Source: an uncultured Bdellovibrionales bacterium
GTDB taxonomy: Bacteria; Patescibacteriota; Minisyncoccia; Moranbacterales; GWC2-37-73
Direction: 5' to 3'
DNA length: 64,000 bases
NCBI GenBank assembly: GCA_964500125.1
Contig: CAZCMV010000001.1
Location: 54,119 to 118,118 of the forward strand
In this document: piece after piece, positions 27,258 to 36,938 of the stretch
Position numbering within the stretch: the first letter of the stretch is position 1
How the letters are laid out: every line of letters begins with the position of its first letter
The notes under the pieces: generated by a model
What the model was told of the DNA's origin: nothing
Database searches by the model: none
Seen by the model: the letters and a program-made list of their open reading frames with translations, nothing else
Translations under genes and position numbers: made by a program

Positions 27258-28400
27258 CTAAAAAATATCTTTTAACTTTCCTATGAGATCAAATTTTAGA
27301 AAATCGCGATACGTTACGAATATCATTAACCCTATCAAAATAGCAAATCCCGCTGTGTGAAAAATCTGTTCTACTTTTTGACTTACCGGGGATCCCTTTA
27401 TTTTTTCAATTAGTATAAACAAAACCCTTCCACCATCCAAGGCAGGAAAAGGGAAAGCGTTAATAATACCTAAATTGACGCTCAATATCGCTGCAAAACG
27501 CAAAATATGAGCAATTCCCAATGGGATAACTTCGCCCGTATACACGGCAATACCAACCACGCCTGTAACCTCCAATCCTCCACCTTGTCCCAAAAGCAAC
27601 ATTTTGAGAACCATAAATATCATCAAAAACACATTACCCAGTTCAACAAATCCTCGCCAAAGCGCAGGAAAAAATGAATATGACACTTTTGCAACTTGTA
27701 CCAAACTCACACCAATTCTTCCTTTTTCACTATCTGGAGAAATTTCAGGAGTGCCTTTTAATGCCATTTTTTCATCTCCTCTTTTGATATTGAGACTTAT
27801 TTCTTTTCCGGTATTTGTACCGATAAATTCTTGCACCCCTTCAACCCCTTTAATATTATATATTTTTCCATCTGGACCTTTTTGCTTCGTCTCAATGACA
27901 TCTCCCATGCGCAAACCCATCTTCTGAGCCGGCGAGCCATCCTCCACTTTTTCAATCAACACATATGACCCTTTAGTGTTGGCATTTTCCACTTCTTGCG
28001 GAATTCCTAGCATATATCCAACTGAAAACAATAGCCAAGCAAAAACAAAATTCATCACCACGCCAGCAATCAAAACCTTACTGCGTACCCATGGACTCTT
28101 GCTGGCAAAACTGTCTTCTCCACCTTCATCACCATTTTCTCCCTTAATACGCACAAACCCGCCAATCGGCAACCAATTAATAGAATAAATTGTGTTCTTT
28201 GATTCAACATGCTTGCTGCCCCAAATCCAATCCCACTTCCCTGTCTGATCGTTTTTCACCACCCCCAAGGCACGCGGTGGGAATCCAAAACCGAATTCAT
28301 CAGCCTTGATGCCATTCCTTCGCGCCACCACAAAATGCCCAAACTCGTGGACAAAAACCAAAAAACCGAGAATTATGATAAAAACCAATATTGTAAGCAT
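27258..28400 (-). CDS. rseP: RIP zinc metalloprotease (site-2 protease, M50) with PDZ domain
   Basis: HEFGHF zinc-binding motif in TM1, central PDZ-like segment, LDGG motif near C-terminus. Confidence 0.8.
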   Translation of the reverse strand: MLTILVFIIILGFLVFVHEFGHFVVARRNGIKADEFGFGFPPRALGVVKNDQTGKWDWIWGSKHVESKNTIYSINWLPIGGFVRIKGENGDEGGEDSFASKSPWVRSKVLIAGVVMNFVFAWLLFSVGYMLGIPQEVENANTKGSYVLIEKVEDGSPAQKMGLRMGDVIETKQKGPDGKIYNIKGVEGVQEFIGTNTGKEISLNIKRGDEKMALKGTPEISPDSEKGRIGVSLVQVAKVSYSFFPALWRGFVELGNVFLMIFMVLKMLLLGQGGGLEVTGVVGIAVYTGEVIPLGIAHILRFAAILSVNLGIINAFPFPALDGGRVLFILIEKIKGSPVSQKVEQIFHTAGFAILIGLMIFVTYRDFLKFDLIGKLKDIF

Positions 28401-28492
28401 TATCTTGTTGTTTAATTAACGAGTTAAAGTGTTAACGAGTTTTACGCATAAACATCCCAACACACTAACTCGTGAACTCTTTAATAAATAAT

Positions 28493-29050
28493 TTACACCG
28501 TCATAATGTCTTGTTCTTTCTTCGCTCTGATTTCTTCAATTTTTTTATTATATTGATCAATAACTTCCTGCAATTTGTCTTTGCCTTTGAATTTATCATC
28601 TTCAGAAATCTCACCAGCCTTCTCCATATCCTGAATTTCTTTGAGAGCATCCTCTCTTGCCATACGCACCGCAATGCGTGCATCTTCCGCTTTTTGATTA
28701 AGCACTTTTACTAAGTCCTTGCGACGTTCTTCCGTAAGAGCTGGAACATTGATGCGGATCACCACTCCGTCATTGTTTGGATTAAATCCTAAATCAGATT
28801 CACGAATTGCTCCTTCAATTATGGCTAATGCACCACGATCCCATGGCTGAATCATGATTGTACGCGGTTCCGGTGTGTTAATTGTTGCAATTTGCTTGAG
28901 TGGAGTTTTGGTGCCATAATAATCAACCTTTAAATCCTCAACTAATGATGGCGTTGCTCGTCCGGTTCTTAATCTTCCAAGCTCAATCTGAAGATGCTCA
29001 ATCGTCTTTTCTAAATCAGTTTTTTTTCTTTCAATCACTTGTGCGTACAT
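28493..29050 (-). CDS. frr: ribosome recycling factor
   Basis: 185 aa; TGRATPSLVEDLKVDYYG and RINVPALTEERRKDLVK conserved RRF blocks. Confidence 0.9.
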   Translation of the reverse strand: MYAQVIERKKTDLEKTIEHLQIELGRLRTGRATPSLVEDLKVDYYGTKTPLKQIATINTPEPRTIMIQPWDRGALAIIEGAIRESDLGFNPNNDGVVIRINVPALTEERRKDLVKVLNQKAEDARIAVRMAREDALKEIQDMEKAGEISEDDKFKGKDKLQEVIDQYNKKIEEIRAKKEQDIMTV

Positions 29051-29103
29051 GTTTTTAGAGTTATGAATTATGAATTTATGCCACTTATTATGTAAAGTTA
29101 TTT

Positions 29104-30171
29104 TTAGATGTTCCTCAGCCCCATATATACCTTTTGTGAATCAACAGGACTGAATTTTATTACGCCAACTCCCTTCTTAGTATCAAGTTGATAAGTAGAC
29201 CATTTTATTCCACCATCTGTCGTACGATAGATTGCCCGTGCCGCGACATAAATAATTTCCTTATTATTTTTAGGATTAATAGCTAATCCGCGAATGGCAA
29301 ATCCTTCACTACTAGCAATCACATTCAGAGACTCCCATTTACTACCTCCTTCAGAAACTTTTATTACACCTTTTTTTGTTCCTACATACACAACACCTTT
29401 GACCTGAGGATCTGCAATAACAGAATATACATCACTTCCCGTTATCCCCGAAACAATTCCTTCTTTTGCAACCATGTCAGACATTGTGGCGCCACCATCA
29501 ACTGTTTCTAAAATACCTTTTTGAAAAACCCCGAAGTATAAGTGAGTGCCGCCACCAGCATCAAACACGATACTTGTCACTGGTCCGTCAGCTTTTTGGA
29601 GATTTTTCCAGGTGTCCCCACCATCTGATGATTTTATAATAACTCCAGTAGAAATTCCAGCATATATATAAGAGTTATTTAATTCATCTACTGCCAGAGA
29701 GGTAATCAAAGTGCCATCAGCTGGCTCGGTATATATTTCCTTCCATTCGCCATCTCCCTGCTTCTTAAAGATCTTACCGCGATTATTATATGCTCCTCCC
29801 GCATAAATCGTTTCCGTATCATTAGGATCAAACGATATGGCATAAACTTTTTGTGCAAACGCCTCCACCTGCCACGTCTCAGCTCCATCCACACTTTTAA
29901 GTAAACCGTTCTTCTCGGTACCAGCATAAACTATATTTGCATCAGTAGGATGTACAGCAATTGTTAAAATGTCAGCGGCAGTTATATTCTTTTCATCATC
30001 CACTTTTATCTTTGGATTCCAATTTACGCCACCGTCCGTAGACACAAAAAAATTATTAGCCGACTTTCCTGATACTGAGGCACCAGTATTGCCAGGCACC
30101 AACGAGCATCCGGAAAGAAAAATTACTACAAATAATATACTACCTAATAAATATATATTTTTCATAATCAA
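29104..30171 (-). CDS. BNR/Asp-box repeat beta-propeller lipoprotein (Ycf48-like)
   Basis: Lipobox LSGCS after signal peptide; repeated SxDGGxTW/NW motifs (STDGGVNW, SVDGAETW, SSDGGDTW, TTDGGIKW). Confidence 0.6.
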   Translation of the reverse strand: MIMKNIYLLGSILFVVIFLSGCSLVPGNTGASVSGKSANNFFVSTDGGVNWNPKIKVDDEKNITAADILTIAVHPTDANIVYAGTEKNGLLKSVDGAETWQVEAFAQKVYAISFDPNDTETIYAGGAYNNRGKIFKKQGDGEWKEIYTEPADGTLITSLAVDELNNSYIYAGISTGVIIKSSDGGDTWKNLQKADGPVTSIVFDAGGGTHLYFGVFQKGILETVDGGATMSDMVAKEGIVSGITGSDVYSVIADPQVKGVVYVGTKKGVIKVSEGGSKWESLNVIASSEGFAIRGLAINPKNNKEIIYVAARAIYRTTDGGIKWSTYQLDTKKGVGVIKFSPVDSQKVYMGLRNI

Positions 30172-30271
30172 ATAATAACATAAAAAAACAACTCTGTTTA
30201 GAAAAGGCTGATAAAGTTTGACTTTCCCCTTTCATAAAGCTATAATCACACTGTTATTATAACAAAAAATC

Positions 30272-31339
30272 ATGAGAAATCAATTAAACACCATTAAAAA
30301 CGAATACCAACAAATTACCGAGCAACTCAGCTGCCCTGAGATTCTTTCCAATTCTCGCAAAATGGCCGAACTTGGCAGAAGACAATCTGAACTTTCCGAA
30401 ATAATCAGCAAAATAGACCACTTGGAAAAAATAGAGCACGACATGAAAGGCAATGCACAAATAATCAACGCTGGAGATGATGCGGAAATGAAGCAAATGG
30501 CCTTAGATGAAAATGTTCAACTTGCCCAAGAAAAAGAAACTCTGGAAAAAGAAATTGAAACGCTACTTCTCCCCAAAGACCCCAACGACACAAAAAATTC
30601 AATTGTAGAAATCCGCGCCGGCGCGGGTGGCGATGAATCAGCGCTTTTCGCCGCTTCCATCTTCCGCATGTATTTAAAATACGCCGAAAACAACGGCTGG
30701 CAAACATCAGTACTGAATTCCAATCAAACCGAACTAGGTGGTTTCAAAGAAGTAGTATTTGAAATAAACGGCCAAGGCGTATATGGCAAAATGAAATATG
30801 AGTCCGGCGTACACCGAGTGCAACGAGTGCCAGAAACCGAAAAAATGGGTCGCGTGCATACTTCCACTGCTACTGTTGCCGTTTTACCTGAAGCTGAAGA
30901 AGTTGAATTAGTTATCAATGAAAAAGATCTGCGCATCGACACTTTCGCTTCCTCCGGTCCTGGCGGACAATCCGTCAACACCACTATGAGCGCCGTACGC
31001 ATCACACATCTTCCAACCAGCACCGTTGTTTCCTGCCAAGATGAGAAATCTCAGCATAAAAACAAAGACAAGGCGATGAAAGTTTTGCGCTCGCGCTTGG
31101 CTCAATTGGAAGAAGAGACACGTGCCAAAGAATTGGGAGAAGCCAGAAAAAGCCAAATTGGCACTGGCGACCGCAGCGAAAAAATCAGAACATATAATTT
31201 CCCGCAGGACCGCATCACCGATCACCGCATCAAGCAAAATTGGAGCAACATCGAAGGCATTCTCGCTGGAAACCTTGAATCAATCATCAGCGCACTCCAA
31301 GAAGAAGACATCCGACTCAAGATGTTGAGAGCATCTTAA
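30272..31339 (+). CDS. prfA: peptide chain release factor 1
   Basis: GGQ motif ([12 protein letters not shown]) and PET tripeptide (RF1-type PxT) in QRVPETE. Confidence 0.9.
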   Translation: MRNQLNTIKNEYQQITEQLSCPEILSNSRKMAELGRRQSELSEIISKIDHLEKIEHDMKGNAQIINAGDDAEMKQMALDENVQLAQEKETLEKEIETLLLPKDPNDTKNSIVEIRAGAGGDESALFAASIFRMYLKYAENNGWQTSVLNSNQTELGGFKEVVFEINGQGVYGKMKYESGVHRVQRVPETEKMGRVHTSTATVAVLPEAEEVELVINEKDLRIDTFASSGPGGQSVNTTMSAVRITHLPTSTVVSCQDEKSQHKNKDKAMKVLRSRLAQLEEETRAKELGEARKSQIGTGDRSEKIRTYNFPQDRITDHRIKQNWSNIEGILAGNLESIISALQEEDIRLKMLRAS

Positions 31340-31443
31340 AGATTTCAAAGTTCTAATTCCCAATTTCCAATTAAATCCCGATTATCAAATAATTAAATAA
31401 AATAAGGGCATTGAGACAATGTCTCAATGCCCTCGTAAGCATA

Positions 31444-32493
31444 CTATAAAGCACCGATTTTGCGAGCACAATCTAATATATTTGTGCCCATTTTTAAGCC
31501 CGTAAAAGCTTTGGGATTCCTTACCCAGGCGTTCCTGTTTCTTCCAGAACTTTTTGCTGCATACAGAGCAACATTCGCAGCATTCATCAAGTTTTTGATG
31601 CCCTCTTCCAAAGAATATATCTCCTTGGAAAAAGGACAGATCCCTGCGGAAAAAGTAAGTCTTCTGTCGATAATCTCCATCTGCAAAATATCGCATCGCA
31701 GCTGTTTAAGCATCTTTTCTGCAGAATCACTTGGCATATAAAATGCAAACTCTTCTCCTCCTATTCTTGCAAAAAATGCCTTTGGATATTTCTCTTGTAT
31801 TTTACGAATGCTTTGAGCAAAAAATACCAACACATTGTCTCCGACAGAGTGTCCGTATTCGTCATTGATTTTCTTAAAATAATCAATGTCAATCATTCCA
31901 AAAACATAACCCTCCCAGAAAATCCCTTCCTCCCTTGTTTTCTTTTCCCAAAATCTCCTGTTTGGAAGTTGCGTCAAATCATCAATATAAATACGCGTAT
32001 CAGGAAAATCAGGCTTGCTGTGCATAATCATCATTTTCAGCAACATCGTTTCTCGAAGCAAACCACATATCATCTTTAATTCATTCTCACGATATGCATA
32101 GTTGCGAGCATTTTCAGTATCATCGATTCCAACCAAAAAATATGCCGGCGATTCTCCATATGTTACCAAAAAAGTGAATGTAACATCATTACCAATTCCT
32201 TCTCTTGCTGACACTTCTAAAAAACCATCGACAGGCTCTCCTTCTGGAATATCTTCCAATTCATACAAACCAGTCATTTTGAAAATACCAGTGGAAGCTA
32301 TTAATATCCACCGCTTTTGCAATGAATCGTATTTCAGCAATGAGATACGGTTTGCATCAGTTAAATCAGCCAAATCGTCGAGGATAACATCCAAAAATGC
32401 TTCGAATTGATAAGTGCGTATAGCATTAAGCCATCGCCAAAATTCCTCTCCTATAATTTTGATTCCAAACTGCTCAAATGCTTTTTTGAACAT
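31444..32493 (-). CDS. GGDEF-domain diguanylate cyclase with N-terminal sensor (GAF-like) domain
   Basis: RIGGEEFAFYM (GGEEF active site) and upstream DxLTQLPNRR I-site-like segment. Confidence 0.75.
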   Translation of the reverse strand: MFKKAFEQFGIKIIGEEFWRWLNAIRTYQFEAFLDVILDDLADLTDANRISLLKYDSLQKRWILIASTGIFKMTGLYELEDIPEGEPVDGFLEVSAREGIGNDVTFTFLVTYGESPAYFLVGIDDTENARNYAYRENELKMICGLLRETMLLKMMIMHSKPDFPDTRIYIDDLTQLPNRRFWEKKTREEGIFWEGYVFGMIDIDYFKKINDEYGHSVGDNVLVFFAQSIRKIQEKYPKAFFARIGGEEFAFYMPSDSAEKMLKQLRCDILQMEIIDRRLTFSAGICPFSKEIYSLEEGIKNLMNAANVALYAAKSSGRNRNAWVRNPKAFTGLKMGTNILDCARKIGAL

Positions 32494-32641
32494 TTTGCGA
32501 CACCTCCTTTTTGGTTTTTATTCTTTTGGGAAATAACTTACAAAGTAACGCATTAAAACCTACCATACAAACAAGTATAAATCAAGACTTTACACAATAC
32601 CAACATTTGCCTATAATCCACACATCTATAATATATTTCAA

Positions 32642-33574
32642 ATGAAGCAAATATCCCAAAAAACAATTCTGAACATAACAAGAGGAAATCAGAAAAAGCT
32701 AGCTTTGTTTGAAATTCAGCTTCTTTGCGCTGAGGTTATTGGCAAATCGCGCGAATTCGTCATAACACATCCAGAGTATGTCCTATCCTCCTCCCAACTA
32801 TCAACTCTCCAATCTCAAATCCGTCGACGCCTTAAGGGGGAGCCGATTGCTTATATTTTAGGCCACAAAGAATTTTATGGACTAGCTTTTCTAGTAAACA
32901 AGCACACACTTATTCCCCGCCCAGAGACAGAGTTGGTCACAGATTTGGTGCTTGATAAATTACGTAACTTATTACGTAACAAGTTACGTAATACCTCGAT
33001 TATTGATATAGGAACCGGAAGTGGGAATATTATCATATCTATTGCGCATAATATACAGCATGAAACACATAACATAAAACATGCAACAAAATTATACGGG
33101 ATTGATATTTCCAAAGAAGCATTGAAAGTTGCACGCAAAAACGCCAAATTACACAAAGTAAACGAGAACATAAAATTCCTCCAGGGAGATTTGTTACTAC
33201 CCATATCAAAATCCAAAAACTATAAACCAGAAGCTGGAAACTTAATCATTACTGCCAATTTGCCATATCTTTCCAAAGAAATTTATAACAGCACACCACG
33301 CGACGTCAAAAACTTTGAACCAAAGTCCGCCCTCCACTCCCCTAAATCCGGTCTAGCGCATTATGAAAGACTGCTAAAACAAATTCAAAAAATGCTCAAA
33401 GAATGTTACATGTTACACGTTACATGTTACATGGAAATTAGTCCCGAACAAAAACCCCTACTGCTCTTACTTGTTAAAAATTTTTTTCCAAAAACAAAAA
33501 TACGATTTCACAAAGATCTTGCAGGTAAATGGAGAATATGTGAAGTATATAATTTACATTTTCTGCAATACTAA
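32642..33574 (+). CDS. prmC: release factor glutamine methyltransferase (HemK/PrmC) with in-frame repeat insertions
   Basis: IDIGTGSGNI SAM motif, ITANLPY (NPPY-type), FEPKSAL; unusual inserted segments LRNLLRNKLRN and ECYMLHVTCYME. Confidence 0.75.
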   Translation: MKQISQKTILNITRGNQKKLALFEIQLLCAEVIGKSREFVITHPEYVLSSSQLSTLQSQIRRRLKGEPIAYILGHKEFYGLAFLVNKHTLIPRPETELVTDLVLDKLRNLLRNKLRNTSIIDIGTGSGNIIISIAHNIQHETHNIKHATKLYGIDISKEALKVARKNAKLHKVNENIKFLQGDLLLPISKSKNYKPEAGNLIITANLPYLSKEIYNSTPRDVKNFEPKSALHSPKSGLAHYERLLKQIQKMLKECYMLHVTCYMEISPEQKPLLLLLVKNFFPKTKIRFHKDLAGKWRICEVYNLHFLQY

Positions 33575-33614
33575 TAATATTTGCGATTATATCCAAATCG
33601 ACCTGAAAAAACAT

Positions 33615-33640
33615 AAAACCCCGCTATAAACGGGGTTTTA
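33615..33640. terminator. bidirectional intrinsic terminator
   Basis: aaaaccccgc-tataaa-cggggtttta perfect hairpin between convergent prmC and the lysine-rich gene. Confidence 0.5.
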
Positions 33641-33688
33641 TGCATGTCGGCTTACGATGAAACCGAACAAGAGCTATTCAAGAAAAAA

Positions 33689-33859
33689 TTATTTTCTTTT
33701 TTTTGCTACTTTTTTAACAGTCTTCTTTTTTGGAGCTGCCTTTTTAACTGCCTTTTTTACAGTTTTGGTAGCTTTCTTTACTGTCTTCTTGGCAACCTTC
33801 TTTTTAGCTACTTTCTTGACTGTTTTTTTAACTGCCTTTTTAGCTTTTTTTACGGCCAT
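33689..33859 (-). CDS. lysine-rich histone H1-like small basic protein (56 aa)
   Basis: Minus-strand ORF MAVKKAKKAVKKTVKKVAKKKVAKKTVKKATKTVKKAVKKAAPKKKTVKKVAKKRK with GGAGGTG Shine-Dalgarno 6 nt upstream; below ORF-track cutoff; the plus-strand ORFs here are antisense artefacts. Confidence 0.5.
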   Translation of the reverse strand: MAVKKAKKAVKKTVKKVAKKKVAKKTVKKATKTVKKAVKKAAPKKKTVKKVAKKRK

Positions 33860-34462
33860 GGAACTCACCTCCTTCTATACATCTTGTCTATTCTATATTC
33901 ATACTGAACACCTAAGTCCCGCATCCTTTTTTGAGTGTCATAGCTCAATTAAAGAAAATACGAAACCAAATATATTCAGCGAAAGAATTTTTTTTGACTA
34001 AGATATTTTATTTTTTATTTTCTGTGAGAATTTACTCTCACAATTTAATTATAGATTATAATTTCCAAAATGCAACAAGAAAAAGTTATCCACAGTTGCA
34101 GAAATTAAAAATTAAAATACGAAAATCAAAATACATAGAAAAACACTGGGTAAAATAAAACATTTTCATCTTCCAAAAATTAAATTGCCACTCCGTAATA
34201 TTTCATACACAATAAACTAAAATTAATTTCAGACACTTCTTGCTAGTTGCAAATTTAAAATCATAATTTTTATTTTCACATTTTTCATGTTTCATCTTCG
34301 CATAAATTTCGTCTTAGAAAAATATTATAAATTTTTTTCAATTTTCACTTGGATGAATTTACCGTCTGATAAACTTTCGCTCCCCATATTTTTTATTGCA
34401 TAACATATATCTTACAATCCAAATGATTGAAAAATTATGCCAAAAATTACAATATTGTCCAG

Positions 34463-34491
34463 TTGACGCTATTAATCGCCCTATGTAGAAT
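34463..34491 (+). promoter_or_regulatory. sigma70-like promoter (TTGACG-17-TAGAAT)
   Basis: Near-consensus -35/-10 with 17-nt spacer about 95 nt upstream of the 34585 ORF; a 22-codon uORF (MSSDYVRDCFNESVLYQEVTLI) lies between. Confidence 0.3.
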
Positions 34492-34584
34492 GTAGAAGAA
34501 GAAGGAAATGAGCTCTGATTATGTCAGAGACTGCTTCAACGAAAGCGTCCTTTACCAAGAAGTAACTTTAATCTAGAAAGGAAG

Positions 34585-35292
34585 GTGATACGAATTATGA
34601 TGGAAGAATATACACCAGGTTCCGAATCTGATGAATCACAAACAGGACAACTTAAGCAATGGATTCAAGAAAATCTCAGAATTATCGTAAGTATTTTTAT
34701 TGTGGTTGTAATCGCAGGAGGGATTTATTCATATTCTAAGCGCAGTGACAATCAGATAAACAAAGAAGAAAGTGTTGCTATTGAAGAAAAAATTGAAGGA
34801 GATGATGTTGTCCAAATAGCAGAAGATTCCCAGCAAGAAACGAAGGAATCAGCTGAGTCAATTCAGGGAGAAAAGACGAAGGAATCAACTGAATCAACCC
34901 AGGGAGAAGAAGCTAAGCCCATTGAGAAAAAAGAGGCTGAGGTTAAAACCGAATCTCCAAAGGAAAATGTGTCTTCCGCAGCAACAAGCAAGGAGACCAC
35001 TGAGGCATTCATAGAAACAGCAGCAGAAGGTAATGGAACAACACACCTAGCCCGCAGAGCACTTGCCAACTATCTCGAAAAAAATCCGGATAGCGCTCTA
35101 ACCAAAGAGCATAAGATTTATATCGAGGATTATCTGCGTAAGAATATAGGACACCGTGGAAATGTTTATGTCGGAACACAGATAGAATTCAGCAAAAGTC
35201 TTATTCAGAAAAGCATAGAACAGTCTAAGAAATTAAGTGAAGGTCAACTCAAGAATCTTCAGAAGTATTCATCCTCTGTGTCTGTGATGTAA
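34585..35292 (+). CDS. hypothetical membrane-anchored E/K-rich protein (235 aa)
   Basis: One TM helix then acidic low-complexity repeats (KESAESIQGEKTKESTESTQGEE) and a C-terminal globular part. Confidence 0.45.
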   Translation: MIRIMMEEYTPGSESDESQTGQLKQWIQENLRIIVSIFIVVVIAGGIYSYSKRSDNQINKEESVAIEEKIEGDDVVQIAEDSQQETKESAESIQGEKTKESTESTQGEEAKPIEKKEAEVKTESPKENVSSAATSKETTEAFIETAAEGNGTTHLARRALANYLEKNPDSALTKEHKIYIEDYLRKNIGHRGNVYVGTQIEFSKSLIQKSIEQSKKLSEGQLKNLQKYSSSVSVM

Positions 35293-35398
35293 AAGATAGA
35301 ATCACAATATAAATCGCTCTTTTGTGAAAATTATTTCTTTTTATAACAAAAAGTCCGCAACTGCGGATTTTTTGTTTAATAAAATCAAAAAAAATTCA

Positions 35399-35866
35399 TT
35401 AAAACTCAAGCTTATCACCTTTTTTTAATTGATATCTTTCGACTGCACCCGCATTTAATTCCAAAACCATATCAACATCATTGTTATACGAAAATGTTCT
35501 CGAATCATTCTCTGATATTTCACGTTCAATATGAACAATTGTGCCATTTCGAAGCCAAATAATATCAAGAGGAAATTTCATGCCTTTCATCCAAAAATAA
35601 CGAATGCCCGGTTCTTGAAATTGAAACAACATACCACAATCAATACATATACTGTCTCGCCCCCCTAATCCTTTTTGCATTTTTTCATCATCAAAAACGA
35701 CTTCGGCTCGCACAATTTTGTTATTTATATTTATCTCAACGATCTTGTTTCCTTTAGGCAAGGAACTTTCCAATCCAACAAAAATCCAAAGTAAACCCAA
35801 AATTAAAATAGTCAAAAAAACAACTGAAAATATTTTTGTAATTTTTATTCTTATTTTCTTGTCCAT
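35399..35866 (-). CDS. DUF192 family protein
   Basis: GLGGRDSICIDCGMLFQF...MKGMKFPLDIIW matches the DUF192/COG1430 core; signal anchor. Confidence 0.55.
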   Translation of the reverse strand: MDKKIRIKITKIFSVVFLTILILGLLWIFVGLESSLPKGNKIVEININNKIVRAEVVFDDEKMQKGLGGRDSICIDCGMLFQFQEPGIRYFWMKGMKFPLDIIWLRNGTIVHIEREISENDSRTFSYNNDVDMVLELNAGAVERYQLKKGDKLEF

Positions 35867-36903
35867 GTTTTTTGTCTTTCTTTGATCAAAACAGCAATTC
35901 TTAGGTAAAAAAAGGCTACAATTATCAAAATAAAGGATATTATAATAGCAAAAGCTTTGCCTATTGCGTGAGTGAAAATTGCAACAATCCCAATAAACAT
36001 TGTCACAACACTAAAGAAAATAACTATTTTAAACTGACTCCAACCAAGTTCAAGAAGTACGTGATGTATATGTCTCTTATCAGGAGTAAAAATTGATTTG
36101 CCCTTTTTAATTCTTTCAACAATAACCCATAAAGCATCCACAACGGGAATAGCAACAACCAAAAGAGTTGTAGCAATTTTTGTTCCAGCAATAATACTCA
36201 GTGCCGCCAATATAAATCCAAAAAACAAAGATCCACTTGTCCCTGCAAATATTTTTGCCGGATAAAAATTAAAGACCAAGAAACCCAAAATAGCACCAGC
36301 CAAAATAATTGCAATTATGGCTATTGGCGGCTGATTAACTTCCGGTTTAAGCGAAAGCAAAAAGATAACTAATGAAGCGACAAAAGAAATACCTCCGCTA
36401 AATCCATCTATGCCATCAATCCAATTCATTGCGTTCATAAGCAATAAGATCCAAACAAAAACAATGACTGAAGAAGTTATTGTTCCCCAAATGTTATCAT
36501 CAAATACAATCGCCTCGCCAAAAGGATTTGGAATATAAGACAACTCGAAGCCAAAAAGAAATATCAACCCAATAATAGCCGCCTGCAAAAATAATTGTAC
36601 TTTCCAGTCAAGCTCACACAAATCGTCCCAGATCCCCACAATAACAATAACCATGCTGGCAACAATAACCCCCAAGATCTGTGATGTGATAACCAAATTC
36701 TTATCTAAAAAAATTGTCAGAATAAAGGCTGAAATAATTGCAACACCTCCAAAACGGGAAATATGCTTTTTATGTATGTGCCTATTTTCCCTTCTAATGT
36801 CGCACTTCCTATTTTTTTGCATAAAAACAAAAAAGGCACACAGGAGCGCCGAGATAAAAAATGCAATAAAAAATGGTAATGTATACAAGTCGTAAAACAT
36901 CAC
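35851..36903 (-). CDS. glycosyltransferase family 4 (WecA/MraY-like polyprenyl-phosphate sugar-1-phosphate transferase)
   Basis: About 10 TM helices; NAMNWIDGIDGFSGG motif; GIWDDLCELD. Confidence 0.75.
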   Translation of the reverse strand: MMFYDLYTLPFFIAFFISALLCAFFVFMQKNRKCDIRRENRHIHKKHISRFGGVAIISAFILTIFLDKNLVITSQILGVIVASMVIVIVGIWDDLCELDWKVQLFLQAAIIGLIFLFGFELSYIPNPFGEAIVFDDNIWGTITSSVIVFVWILLLMNAMNWIDGIDGFSGGISFVASLVIFLLSLKPEVNQPPIAIIAIILAGAILGFLVFNFYPAKIFAGTSGSLFFGFILAALSIIAGTKIATTLLVVAIPVVDALWVIVERIKKGKSIFTPDKRHIHHVLLELGWSQFKIVIFFSVVTMFIGIVAIFTHAIGKAFAIIISFILIIVAFFYLRIAVLIKERQKTWTRK

Positions 36904-36938
36904 AATAAAAATACGGCTAACAAGAAAAATAACCCTTT

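Noticed and set aside
33644-34001. Two overlapping plus-strand ORFs (87 and 114 aa) rich in F/L/T
   Set aside because: They are the antisense reading of the lysine-rich minus-strand gene (AAA/AAG codons read as TTT/CTT). There is no RBS, and the minus-strand ORF has a perfect SD and a biologically sensible product.
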